Source: Candidatus Omnitrophota bacterium | Lineage (GTDB): Bacteria; Omnitrophota; Gorgyraeia; Gygaellales; Profunditerraquicolaceae | Direction: 5' to 3' | Length of the DNA stretch: 40,175 nucleotides | NCBI GenBank assembly: GCA_016214325.1 | Contig: JACROS010000005.1 | Span: forward strand, 1-40,175 | Shown here: piece after piece, positions 9,734 through 18,111 of the stretch | Position numbering within the stretch: the first letter of the stretch is position 1 | Layout: each line of letters begins with the position of its first letter | Translations under genes and position numbers: made by a program | Notes under the pieces: generated by a model | Seen by the model: only the letters and a program-made list of their open reading frames with translations | Database searches by the model: none | What the model was told of the DNA's origin: nothing

Positions 9734-10848
9734 TTTATAAATCTGTTCCTTAATTTATCCCAAACAAGCTCTCTGCCTTTTCCCGGCAAACTGCCGACCC
9801 AGCAGCCCTCAACCCTGCAAAGGCCAAACAAATCTGATCCTGCCCTTGGAATGTTCCATGAATTCATATAGCGGAATACCGTCTTAAAACCCAGCTCCTT
9901 AAGCCAAAGCACACTTAGATTTCCACCCATGTTCCAAGGAAAAGCAAAATGCAGGCACTGTTTATTAAGCCTGCTTTCTATTTCTAATTTGGATTTTTCT
10001 AGTGAATTCTTTATGGCTAATTCCTGTTCAATCTCATTTTCAAATCTGGTTTGTAGCTTATGAGCCTTTTTATAATCAACAACCGCCTTCTGAAGCTTCT
10101 CTTTCCATCCTCTACGAAGAAAAAAATCCCTGCCTCCGTTACTCTTTACAGTCTCAATACAAACTTGGCGTAAACCCGTATCGTCAAAAAATCTCCTAGC
10201 TAACAACCTTGGCTGATAGGGATAAACTGGCGACCCAAAAATGTTATCTTCGCTGGATTTATCTATTGCAGTAAAGAGCCAGGGATTAAGGGAAGATCCG
10301 TCTTTAGCCGGCCTTTCAAAATCAACAATTTTATCTGAAGTAAAACAAATCTTATGCTCCCAACTATGCGACTCAATATCAACTAAACCAGAGGCCTCCA
10401 TCTTACGCGCCTCTTGCCAACCGATAAATGGATGCTGCTTATCAAAACCCTTCAATTCTTGAAGAGTAATCTTTCCTGACCAAACATCTTCCAGGTTTGG
10501 GAGCAATCCGATTTCATCGCTAATATTGGAGGGATTGACATAAAAAACAGCCTTTGCATCATATTTCTTCAATAAAGGAAAAATTATACTCCAATTATTT
10601 CTTAAGCCGTCATCAAAAGTTATAATAACTTTCTTATTATTATCGTTTTTTCTTCCAGAAAGATAACCGTAATATTCCTCTATTCCAAGGGTTAAATAAT
10701 TATTTTTCTTTAAGTACAAGAGTTTTCTCTCAAAATCATCTTCTGCCTCTTTATGCAAAATAAAAGAAGGGATAACAAAACTATCAAGCTCATTATTAAA
10801 AATGGCAAAAGAAGGAATGGATGCCAGGAAACCCTGTTTCTTTATCAT
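9730..10848 (-). CDS. polysaccharide deacetylase (NodB-homology / CE4 family)
   Basis: 372 aa. VIITFDDGLRNNW is NodB motif 1 (TFDDG). IESHSWEHK is the H-x-x-x-H metal motif. FAFPWN lies later in the protein. Confidence 0.75.
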   Translation of the reverse strand: MIKKQGFLASIPSFAIFNNELDSFVIPSFILHKEAEDDFERKLLYLKKNNYLTLGIEEYYGYLSGRKNDNNKKVIITFDDGLRNNWSIIFPLLKKYDAKAVFYVNPSNISDEIGLLPNLEDVWSGKITLQELKGFDKQHPFIGWQEARKMEASGLVDIESHSWEHKICFTSDKIVDFERPAKDGSSLNPWLFTAIDKSSEDNIFGSPVYPYQPRLLARRFFDDTGLRQVCIETVKSNGGRDFFLRRGWKEKLQKAVVDYKKAHKLQTRFENEIEQELAIKNSLEKSKLEIESRLNKQCLHFAFPWNMGGNLSVLWLKELGFKTVFRYMNSWNIPRAGSDLFGLCRVEGCWVGSLPGKGRELVWDKLRNRFIK

Positions 10849-11945
10849 TTGCCCCCCGCTTTTGCAACTAACCTACTCCAGCGATTGCCCCAAAAAGATA
10901 GAGAAAAATCATTCTCTATTGTTTTACGGCCATTAAGCCCGAGATCTTTCCTTAAATTATTGTCCCAAATCAATAACTCAATTTTGTCTTTTAATTCCTC
11001 AGTGGAATTAAACAGAAATCCATTTACCCCGTCTTGAATAATATCATTTACCACTCCTACAGGGCTTGAGACCGCAGGTATCCCGTTTGCCATATATAAT
11101 AGAGCTTTAAACGCGCACTTTCTTCTATCCCAAAGAATATCATCAAGAAACATAACCCCTGCATCAGCCATGGCAAAAGCTTTCTTTTCATTCTCATAAG
11201 ACCAGGGAATAAAAAGAATTTCATCAGCTTCAAACCTGGGATCAGAAAAGCCCGCTCCATTACTTAAAACAAGCAATCTAACCTTATATTTTTTTGTTAA
11301 TTCTGAAATCGGCCCTAAATAAGAGCGCAGTTGAAAAAGCCCGCCCTCTGTTCCCGACCAAAGGATATTAAATACACCGTTCCTAAAATACCTTTCATCA
11401 AACGGCAAATAATCCAAGGTATTAACCGGAGTGGGAATTATAAATACGTTTGAATTAACGCCTTCTACATCTTCCTTTAACTTTTGATTTCCGACAAAAA
11501 TACAAGAACTCCGCTTGATAATTTTTAGAATCTGGCCCCTATCCTCTAACAGACGCAGGGGAAAACTGTTAAAATTCTGCACCGGAAAAAGATTAACTGC
11601 GTCGTCAAGATCAAAAATAATATTTCTATTAAACAAAAAAAGAAGCTTATCCATACCGCGAATCTGCAATGGCAAAATCCCTTTCTGGACCAACACAACA
11701 TCATATCGAAAGGAGAAAATTATCTGTCTTAGCCTGTTCAAAAACTCCAGTATATGAATTAAAGCCATAACAAATTTATTCTTGGCATTTGCAAATCTCT
11801 TATAAACAAAACCCGGCAAAGGAGGAGCAAACTTATACATAACTCCTTCATTATCTAAATAAGGCAGGAATTGAAATACCCTAAAGCGGGTACTCGGCTT
11901 ATCTTTAGAATATAGACTTAAAACCAATAATTTCTTATTTTGCAT
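10845..11945 (-). CDS. glycosyltransferase, GT-B fold (GT4/GT1-like)
   Basis: 366 aa. The C-terminal block KCAFKALLYMANGIPAVSSPVGVVNDIIQDGVNGFLF is typical of Glycos_transf_1. The N-terminal half is divergent. Confidence 0.65.
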   Translation of the reverse strand: MQNKKLLVLSLYSKDKPSTRFRVFQFLPYLDNEGVMYKFAPPLPGFVYKRFANAKNKFVMALIHILEFLNRLRQIIFSFRYDVVLVQKGILPLQIRGMDKLLFLFNRNIIFDLDDAVNLFPVQNFNSFPLRLLEDRGQILKIIKRSSCIFVGNQKLKEDVEGVNSNVFIIPTPVNTLDYLPFDERYFRNGVFNILWSGTEGGLFQLRSYLGPISELTKKYKVRLLVLSNGAGFSDPRFEADEILFIPWSYENEKKAFAMADAGVMFLDDILWDRRKCAFKALLYMANGIPAVSSPVGVVNDIIQDGVNGFLFNSTEELKDKIELLIWDNNLRKDLGLNGRKTIENDFSLSFWGNRWSRLVAKAGGK

Positions 11946-11954
11946 TTACTTAAT

Positions 11955-12989
11955 TTATTTCTTGAAAAGATTTCTAATTAAATTATTTCTTTTACAATAA
12001 AGCCTGCCGAGAGAGTTCCAAAGAGAATACAAGAAGCTATTAATAAATAGGTCATACTCTCCTAAAAAACTAACAAAATCCCCGCCTAAAGATTTCTTAT
12101 GCTGATAAATTCCCTGTAAGGCTTCTTTATCAGGCGGAACTCCACCAAGGTTAAACTCAGTATAATCATTCTCTTTAAGCCATTCCAGAATATGCCAATA
12201 CAAGAGTTGCGAAGATTTTACACTCGGCTTCTGCCTGATGACTCCCGACCAAACCTGCTCAGCCTTATTTCCAAACAACAATACTAAAGTTGCAGCCACA
12301 GGTTTGTCTTTATAAAAAGCGACAAAAATCCTCATCCTCTTTTTAGAATGAAGAGTTTTCCACAATTCTTCAAAGAATGCGTATTCTTTACAGGGCAGAG
12401 AGCGCTGCCTACAAGCAAAAGAATATACCTCATAGAAATACTCAAAAAACTCCCTGTCTTCATCGCTTTTAACCAAGACACCAGCCCGCTTTGCTTTCTT
12501 AAAATTGTCCCGAAGATTACTACTTAATTCCTTCCAGACTTCCTCGATATTTTTATTAAGGCCCCTCACAAATGTACATACATGCAATTCCCGCCTTTCA
12601 GACTTTCTAAAACCTGCATCGTTATACCAATTCAAGATTTCTGAAGGTTCCTTAATAGCAGGATTAATGCGACAGGTAACTGCCCTCTCTTTTGCAACCA
12701 TGCCTCTAATCTGTTGACTAAGAAAAATAAAACTGGCCCTGTCCAGAAAGATAGGGCCACGAGGAATATAAAACAAAGAAAAGGGCCCTTTTTTTCTTTT
12801 TAAGATTTGCGCTACAGCTTTTATCCTGCCTGCCTCTTTAACCATATACCTAAAAGGCAGCCATCCATCTATCCTGCAAATCTCACCCCAATCAAAAGTC
12901 TGATATATATGGCCAAACTCTGAGGATAAAACAAACTCATCCCAACCAGCAATTTCCTCAGCACTATCTTTTATTTCAATCAGTTCCAT
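11955..12989 (-). CDS. FemAB-family (aminoacyl-tRNA-dependent peptidyltransferase-like) protein
   Basis: 344 aa. FGHIYQTFDWGEI near the N-terminus resembles the FemAB 'FLQS.EWGE' block. ATLVLLFGNKAEQVWSG and the protein size fit the double-GNAT FemAB / EPS-locus FemAB-related family. Confidence 0.65.
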   Translation of the reverse strand: MELIEIKDSAEEIAGWDEFVLSSEFGHIYQTFDWGEICRIDGWLPFRYMVKEAGRIKAVAQILKRKKGPFSLFYIPRGPIFLDRASFIFLSQQIRGMVAKERAVTCRINPAIKEPSEILNWYNDAGFRKSERRELHVCTFVRGLNKNIEEVWKELSSNLRDNFKKAKRAGVLVKSDEDREFFEYFYEVYSFACRQRSLPCKEYAFFEELWKTLHSKKRMRIFVAFYKDKPVAATLVLLFGNKAEQVWSGVIRQKPSVKSSQLLYWHILEWLKENDYTEFNLGGVPPDKEALQGIYQHKKSLGGDFVSFLGEYDLFINSFLYSLWNSLGRLYCKRNNLIRNLFKK

Positions 12990-12998
12990 TTCTTCTAT

Positions 12999-14092
12999 TT
13001 AATCCTTTCCATCCAGGTACCAGACATTAAGATAACCATCATTATCTACAACAGCTGTATCAGGCATCTTCCAAAAAGGATTCCATTTCATCCGCTCCTC
13101 CAGCTTATACCCAGAATGCAGCAATATCCGCCTTGCCCTCTCATCCCTTTTTAGAATTGTACCTTCATAAAGCACGATCTTGCCGATATCCGTCATTAAA
13201 GCAAACATAGGTTTTGCCCTTCCGGAAAATACCCCGCAGTTGGTAATTTGTCTGGACAACCAGAGCCCTTTGTCTACACTAGTGCGAAAATGGCGCAATC
13301 CTTGCATCGGCACTGCATGAAAAAGATAATGTGCCTGAATACCCAAAGAACGCATTGCCTCATAACATTCTGGGAATATATAGTTGGAACAACCTCTCTG
13401 ATACGCGAAAAACAATCCCTGACCTCGGAAAAGAATTCTACCGCATGATTTGTCTGAGTGGCAATCTCGAACCTTATGCCGGGCTTGTTCCTGAAAACAT
13501 CCAAAACAGCATCGCTTACACGAGACGGATCCTGCTGAGGTAAACGTGTAGCAACCCTGATGATCTTAATATTCGAAGCGTATTGCATCAATGACTCTAC
13601 AAGATAAGCAAGGCTTTTTGGTACCAGAAAGGGGTCCCCGCCTGTAATTAAAACTTCGTTTACTTCGTCTTTCAACTGTTTACTTCCACAATACCGTGCA
13701 ACCATTTCAATATCCTGCTCGGTAAGAGTATACAAATCATATTTTTGGCGCAAACAATACCTGCAATGTGCTACACAGCTCATAGTAAGCTCAATAACCA
13801 CTGTCCTGCGATACAATCTTTCAACCCCCTTTACTCCACCTGTTTCACAAATAGAAATATCAGCATCATAATGCCTACGGTTTATTTCAGGCGTCTGAAT
13901 ATTCTCTTCTGGAAGCATTTTATACTGGCGCAGTATGCCTAAATAATTCTCATGCAAAGATCCATATTCAGCTAATAAAAATTTAAATTTTTGCTGTAAG
14001 AATGGAGACAGTTTTTCATGAAAAACACGTTTTTGACCAACATTAGCATTACTCTTTATTTGTTTTTTACTACCCATTGTTTTCTCCCGCAT
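12999..14092 (-). pseudogene. KamA-family radical SAM aminomutase (lysine 2,3-aminomutase-like), frameshifted
   Basis: The N-fragment 13274..14092 carries the MSCVAHCRYCLRQ CxxxCxxC cluster, ITGGDPFLVP and TQTNHAVE. The C-fragment 12999..13415, in a different frame, carries GIQAHYLFHAVPMQGLRHFRTSV...SGRAKPMFALMTDIGK, which corresponds to the PYYL..D...G..HF and SG...P blocks of KamA/EpmB. Both frames are open across 13274-13415. The probable start is the ATG at 14077, preceded by GGGAGAAA. Confidence 0.75.
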
Positions 14093-14990
14093 GCCTGGGC
14101 CTCAAGAACTTTGCTGGATTACCAACATAAACTCCTCCAGGAGCCAAATCTTTTACCACAACCCCTCCAATGCCCACAAATACATTATCTCCGATTTCAA
14201 TCTTATCCCTGATGCTGACATTAGGAGCCAACCAACAATCTTTTCCTAAACGAACATCGGCACTTACAACTGTGCCAGAAGCAATCATGGAACGTTCACC
14301 TATATAACAATTCTGGCCTATCTGCACAAGGTCATCAATTTTAACAAAGGCCTCTATAACAGTATCATCAATTTCAGCCCTCTCAATTGAAGTATTAGAC
14401 CCCACCCAAACGTTATCTGCAATTATTATTCTACCCAAGTAAGGAACGTGAATTGGCCGGAGTTCCTCATCAAATTCAAAACTATAACCTTCACTGCCGA
14501 TAGTAGAATTATCTTTAATTACGCAATTCTTTCCAATTAAAACTTGTCCTGTTATAACAACATTATTTAAAATAATAGTATTGTCCCCAATAACCACATC
14601 AGGCCCAACCACAGAATTATTGCCAATATAAACATTCACCCCTATCCTTGCACCAGGAGCAATCCTGGCAGTTGGCTCAGTAAGCCTGACATTCTTTTCT
14701 ACAAAAAACTCATTTAGTATACGCACAAAAGCAAGTCTCGGCTTTAAAGAAACAATGTAAGAAAATTCTACCTTATTTTCTATCTGCCCGGGAGAAACAA
14801 CTGCCAGGATTTTTCTTTTATTAGAGAGCGCTGTCTCTTTTTCAAGAGGGCCCAACAAAACAACAGTCCCTTCTTTTAAATCCTTAACAGAACCCGGTTC
14901 TTTTACTATAAAATCATCTCCATTTAGATCTAAATTCAAAACTTCTGCAATTTCAGAAGCAAACACATCAGCCTGCCTTTTTTTATACAT
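14070..14990 (-). CDS. LpxD-like left-handed beta-helix (hexapeptide-repeat) N-acyltransferase
   Basis: 306 aa. The N-terminal ~100 aa resemble the LpxD nucleotide-binding domain (...IVKEPGSVKDLKEGTVVLL...VSLKPRLAFVRILNEFF). Many [LIV]G-x4 hexapeptide repeats follow. There is no LpxD C-terminal helical extension. A GGAGGG SD precedes the ATG at 14990. Confidence 0.7.
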   Translation of the reverse strand: MYKKRQADVFASEIAEVLNLDLNGDDFIVKEPGSVKDLKEGTVVLLGPLEKETALSNKRKILAVVSPGQIENKVEFSYIVSLKPRLAFVRILNEFFVEKNVRLTEPTARIAPGARIGVNVYIGNNSVVGPDVVIGDNTIILNNVVITGQVLIGKNCVIKDNSTIGSEGYSFEFDEELRPIHVPYLGRIIIADNVWVGSNTSIERAEIDDTVIEAFVKIDDLVQIGQNCYIGERSMIASGTVVSADVRLGKDCWLAPNVSIRDKIEIGDNVFVGIGGVVVKDLAPGGVYVGNPAKFLRPRHAGENNG

Positions 14991-15011
14991 AACAACCCTC
15001 CATAATAATTC

Positions 15012-16313
15012 TTAGAGAACGCGTTCCAAGCGCCTTGTTTTTCCTTCGGTTTTAGGAAAAACGCCCGCTTTTAGAAACCTCATCTCAGGCCTGAGGCCCA
15101 GTTTATGCTTAAACAAATTCTCAAGCTCGTGAATTACTATCTGGTTAATTTTATCAGTTTTTGCCTCAAGACAAATAACAAAATGCTCAATGGGATCGTT
15201 TCGGTCAACTTGAACCCTAAAATCACCAGTTAGAATATCCAAACGCTGATTTATTATATCTGCAACTGAACTTAAAAAAACATTCACGCCCTTAACAACA
15301 ATCATATCTTCCCTGCGTCCAACAACGCGAAATCGCGGGCTCATTCTTCCACAGGAACATAAACCCATTCCAATCACCTCAACAATATCACAGGTTTTAT
15401 AGCGCACCAAAGGCTGCATTTCCTTGCATAAGTTAGTAAGCACAAGCTCACCCCTTGCTCCCACATCCCACGGAATTGTTTTCTGGCTGGATTCATCACA
15501 AATTTGCGCATGAATAACACCTTGGCCCATAAAATGCAGCCCTGCTCTTTCTCTGCATTCAGAGGCAAACATACTCAAAACATCCGACATGCCGTAATTT
15601 GCATTCATAGCCCTCAATCCCCATCTTTTCTCAATATTCTCCCTGAAGTCATCATTTTCTAACCCTCCTTCTCCTCCAAAAAGCCCTATTTTTAAGCCAA
15701 GCTTGGAAGGAGCAATAGAAAACTCAAGCCTAAGCAAATCTTCCAGTTTAGAAAGATACGACGGAGTGCAGTGGATGCCAGTTGGTTTTATTGTTAATAT
15801 TGTCTGGATAAGATTGGATGAATTACCCACTCCATACGGTATAACTGCTGCTCCGGCTTTCTCCAGGCTTTCATGATCAGTCAATCCTCCAGCCCACATA
15901 CAATAATTCAGGCAATGCACTATCATATCTCGGGGCCGGACGCCAGCAGACCAGAAACAGCGTGCCCCGCATTCTAAAGTATGCTCTAAATCGTTATTTG
16001 AAAAAGCTAAAATTAAAGGTTCAGTGCTTGTCCCTGAAGTTTTATGCACCCTTTGGATATTTGTAATCTTTCCGGATAAATTACTTCCAAAAGGAGGATA
16101 TCTTTTTTCATCATCCAGAATTTCCTGTTTAGTGGTAAAAGGAAGCTTCTCAAGATCCTCCAAAGAAACAACCGATATTTTCCTAAATTTTTCATGATAG
16201 AATCTGCTATTTTCCAAGACATACTTTATCTGCTTTTTAAATAATGGCTCTGCCACCTCCTCCTCCAGACAGCGCCAATCATATGTTTCAAATTTACTCC
16301 AGATTTCTTTCAT
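15012..16313 (-). CDS. PaaK/CapK-family adenylate-forming enzyme (phenylacetate-CoA ligase / coenzyme F390 synthetase-like)
   Basis: 433 aa. HKTSGTSTEPL is the AMP-binding core motif (TSGTTG-like). The size and the C-terminal VVKGVNVF...GKTRR block fit the PaaK/CapK subfamily. An AGGAGA SD lies upstream. Confidence 0.8.
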   Translation of the reverse strand: MKEIWSKFETYDWRCLEEEVAEPLFKKQIKYVLENSRFYHEKFRKISVVSLEDLEKLPFTTKQEILDDEKRYPPFGSNLSGKITNIQRVHKTSGTSTEPLILAFSNNDLEHTLECGARCFWSAGVRPRDMIVHCLNYCMWAGGLTDHESLEKAGAAVIPYGVGNSSNLIQTILTIKPTGIHCTPSYLSKLEDLLRLEFSIAPSKLGLKIGLFGGEGGLENDDFRENIEKRWGLRAMNANYGMSDVLSMFASECRERAGLHFMGQGVIHAQICDESSQKTIPWDVGARGELVLTNLCKEMQPLVRYKTCDIVEVIGMGLCSCGRMSPRFRVVGRREDMIVVKGVNVFLSSVADIINQRLDILTGDFRVQVDRNDPIEHFVICLEAKTDKINQIVIHELENLFKHKLGLRPEMRFLKAGVFPKTEGKTRRLERVL

Positions 16314-16346
16314 TATTCTATTGTCTCCTGAACACTAATCATATTT

Positions 16347-17393
16347 CTAACATTGTTTCCCTGGACGACGATACATCAATTCATCTCCGGATAAAAAGAA
16401 AACATCAGGGCATTCACGCATATCTGAACAAAAAGGAGCATCTGGTAAAGAATAATACTGTGTTCTTAAACGGTCACAAATTCTATAACCCAAAGAAAAT
16501 GCTGTAGAAAAGATATTTTTATCACTGGTCATAAATAAAGCTCTCTTAGAAGATTTAAATTTAGTATATACTACAAAGGCTGCTAAAATATCTTCTTTAG
16601 AATGAGTTACGTCACATAATACATCTGCTAAAGCAATATAACCTTTTCGCGCATCGTTAAATTCAGAAATAAACAAATACGACAACCTGCCCCTTAAACG
16701 CACAGAAACAAGCTTAGCGTGATTATAAGGCTGAAGCATATAATGCTTCCATTTTCTTATAAGAAAACTTCTCTCAATATTTTGTGAAAAGAACTGCCAA
16801 CCCTTAAAATCCAATAGCCTATCAACGGAAAATTCTTCATTCTTAAAAATAACGCTATTCTTAGAACTAAATTTATCTGCAACTCTCAAGCCTTGAAAAT
16901 AAGATACCGGATTTAGAATAAAATTACGAGTCTTGCGTGCTAAATCTCTTAAGCCGAATATTTTATTTGCTTCTATGCCTAATAAGAATACTTCCCCAAT
17001 ATCCCTGAACCCCACTGATATCTGCGGCTCAAAACATATTTTTGTACCACCTACCGCAACAGAAACAGGAAACTGATCCATGAGCGCCTTTAATATCCTC
17101 CTGCCGGCGCCCTTAACCGGACTTTTTGTACTGCTATACCAGTCCACAGGAAAACAAACTTGCAGTTCCTTACCGTTAACAATATACTTCCAGACTATGC
17201 CTCCGACTATAGAGCAAATTTCACCATCTTGCTCAAGCAATAAACAAATATTTTCATCTGCTTCCTGACTAAGATACTTCCATTTAAGGTATTCTTGGCT
17301 GACAGAAGGAGAATTTATATTTGCCCCTTTGGCAACTGCCAAGAAATCAGCACATAACTTAAGGTTGCCGTTATCAAGTTTACGAATATTCAT
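16347..17393 (-). CDS. hypothetical protein, possible two-domain GNAT-fold acyltransferase
   Basis: 348 aa with a good AGGAG SD. The N-terminal third (EYLKWKYL...ICLLLEQDGEICSIVGG...VKGAGRRILKALM) resembles a GNAT core with a Q/R-x-x-G-x-G/A-like acyl-CoA loop. I do not recognise the remainder. Confidence 0.4.
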   Translation of the reverse strand: MNIRKLDNGNLKLCADFLAVAKGANINSPSVSQEYLKWKYLSQEADENICLLLEQDGEICSIVGGIVWKYIVNGKELQVCFPVDWYSSTKSPVKGAGRRILKALMDQFPVSVAVGGTKICFEPQISVGFRDIGEVFLLGIEANKIFGLRDLARKTRNFILNPVSYFQGLRVADKFSSKNSVIFKNEEFSVDRLLDFKGWQFFSQNIERSFLIRKWKHYMLQPYNHAKLVSVRLRGRLSYLFISEFNDARKGYIALADVLCDVTHSKEDILAAFVVYTKFKSSKRALFMTSDKNIFSTAFSLGYRICDRLRTQYYSLPDAPFCSDMRECPDVFFLSGDELMYRRPGKQC

Positions 17394-17415
17394 AAATCAC
17401 TGCTCCTAGGCTACG

Positions 17416-18093
17416 CTATTTCCGGCCCAGATAAAATATTCCAAAAGGCATAAGCTGGGCTTGTTTATACTTAGTGAAGAATACATCAAATAATTTAACA
17501 GGCAAAACAAACCAGCCAAAAATATAATAATAGCAAACATGAAATAAGACATCATTATTAAATGAAAAAAATATTGCCAGATATGTCCTCAAAACATGTG
17601 CGAAAGCGGCACTTGGCCCTGAGATAATCCCTGATTTAATTTTGTTAAACCCTGCTTCTTTAAATATCTCTTCAAGGCCAAGCTGAGTAAATCTCTGAAA
17701 ATCATAAGGAGCGCCGTGGACTATCTGAAAAAATGGCGTTTCAACAAAAACATATCCCTTATCCTTAAGTACCCTGTAAATTTCTTTACTGCATAATCGG
17801 GGATTCTTTAAGTGCTCAACAACTCCACCTAACCAAACAAATCCAATGGAATTATCCAGAAACGGCAGGCAATGTGCATCCGCAGACACATCTATTCCAC
17901 AGCATGCTTCAAACTCAAGCTTAATTGCACCTTTAACAATTGGCCTCTGTCCACAGCCGATATCCAAAACAGGAATATTCTGCTCTAAAAGCGGCAATAC
18001 ATCTTTCCTTGCCTGCGCCACATCTTTCTTTAACATTACACAACTGTGTGGAAGAACCATACAGCTTAAAATCTTCTTCATCGTCTTTATCAT
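17416..18093 (-). CDS. class I SAM-dependent methyltransferase
   Basis: 225 aa. VLDIGCGQRP is motif I; LPFLDNSIGFVWLGGVVEHLKNP and KGYVFVETP follow. The C-terminal ~45 aa are hydrophobic. An AGGAG SD lies upstream. Confidence 0.75.
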   Translation of the reverse strand: MIKTMKKILSCMVLPHSCVMLKKDVAQARKDVLPLLEQNIPVLDIGCGQRPIVKGAIKLEFEACCGIDVSADAHCLPFLDNSIGFVWLGGVVEHLKNPRLCSKEIYRVLKDKGYVFVETPFFQIVHGAPYDFQRFTQLGLEEIFKEAGFNKIKSGIISGPSAAFAHVLRTYLAIFFSFNNDVLFHVCYYYIFGWFVLPVKLFDVFFTKYKQAQLMPFGIFYLGRK

Positions 18094-18111
18094 AAAACTA
18101 CTCCTAGAAAA

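Noticed and set aside
12999-14092. Interpreting the KamA-like gene as EpmB (EF-P beta-lysylation), or as AblA of the N-epsilon-acetyl-beta-lysine osmolyte pathway.
   Set aside because: No epmA/efp neighbours and no adjacent ablB-type partner are present. The gene is embedded and overlap-coupled within a glycan operon (8-23 nt overlap with the LbH gene). These alternatives remain possible only if the synteny is accidental.
14070-14990. Calling the LbH protein genuine LpxD (lipid A biosynthesis).
   Set aside because: There are no fabZ/lpxA/lpxB neighbours. The protein is shorter than LpxD as I recall it and lacks the C-terminal helical extension. Its context is O-antigen/EPS tailoring.
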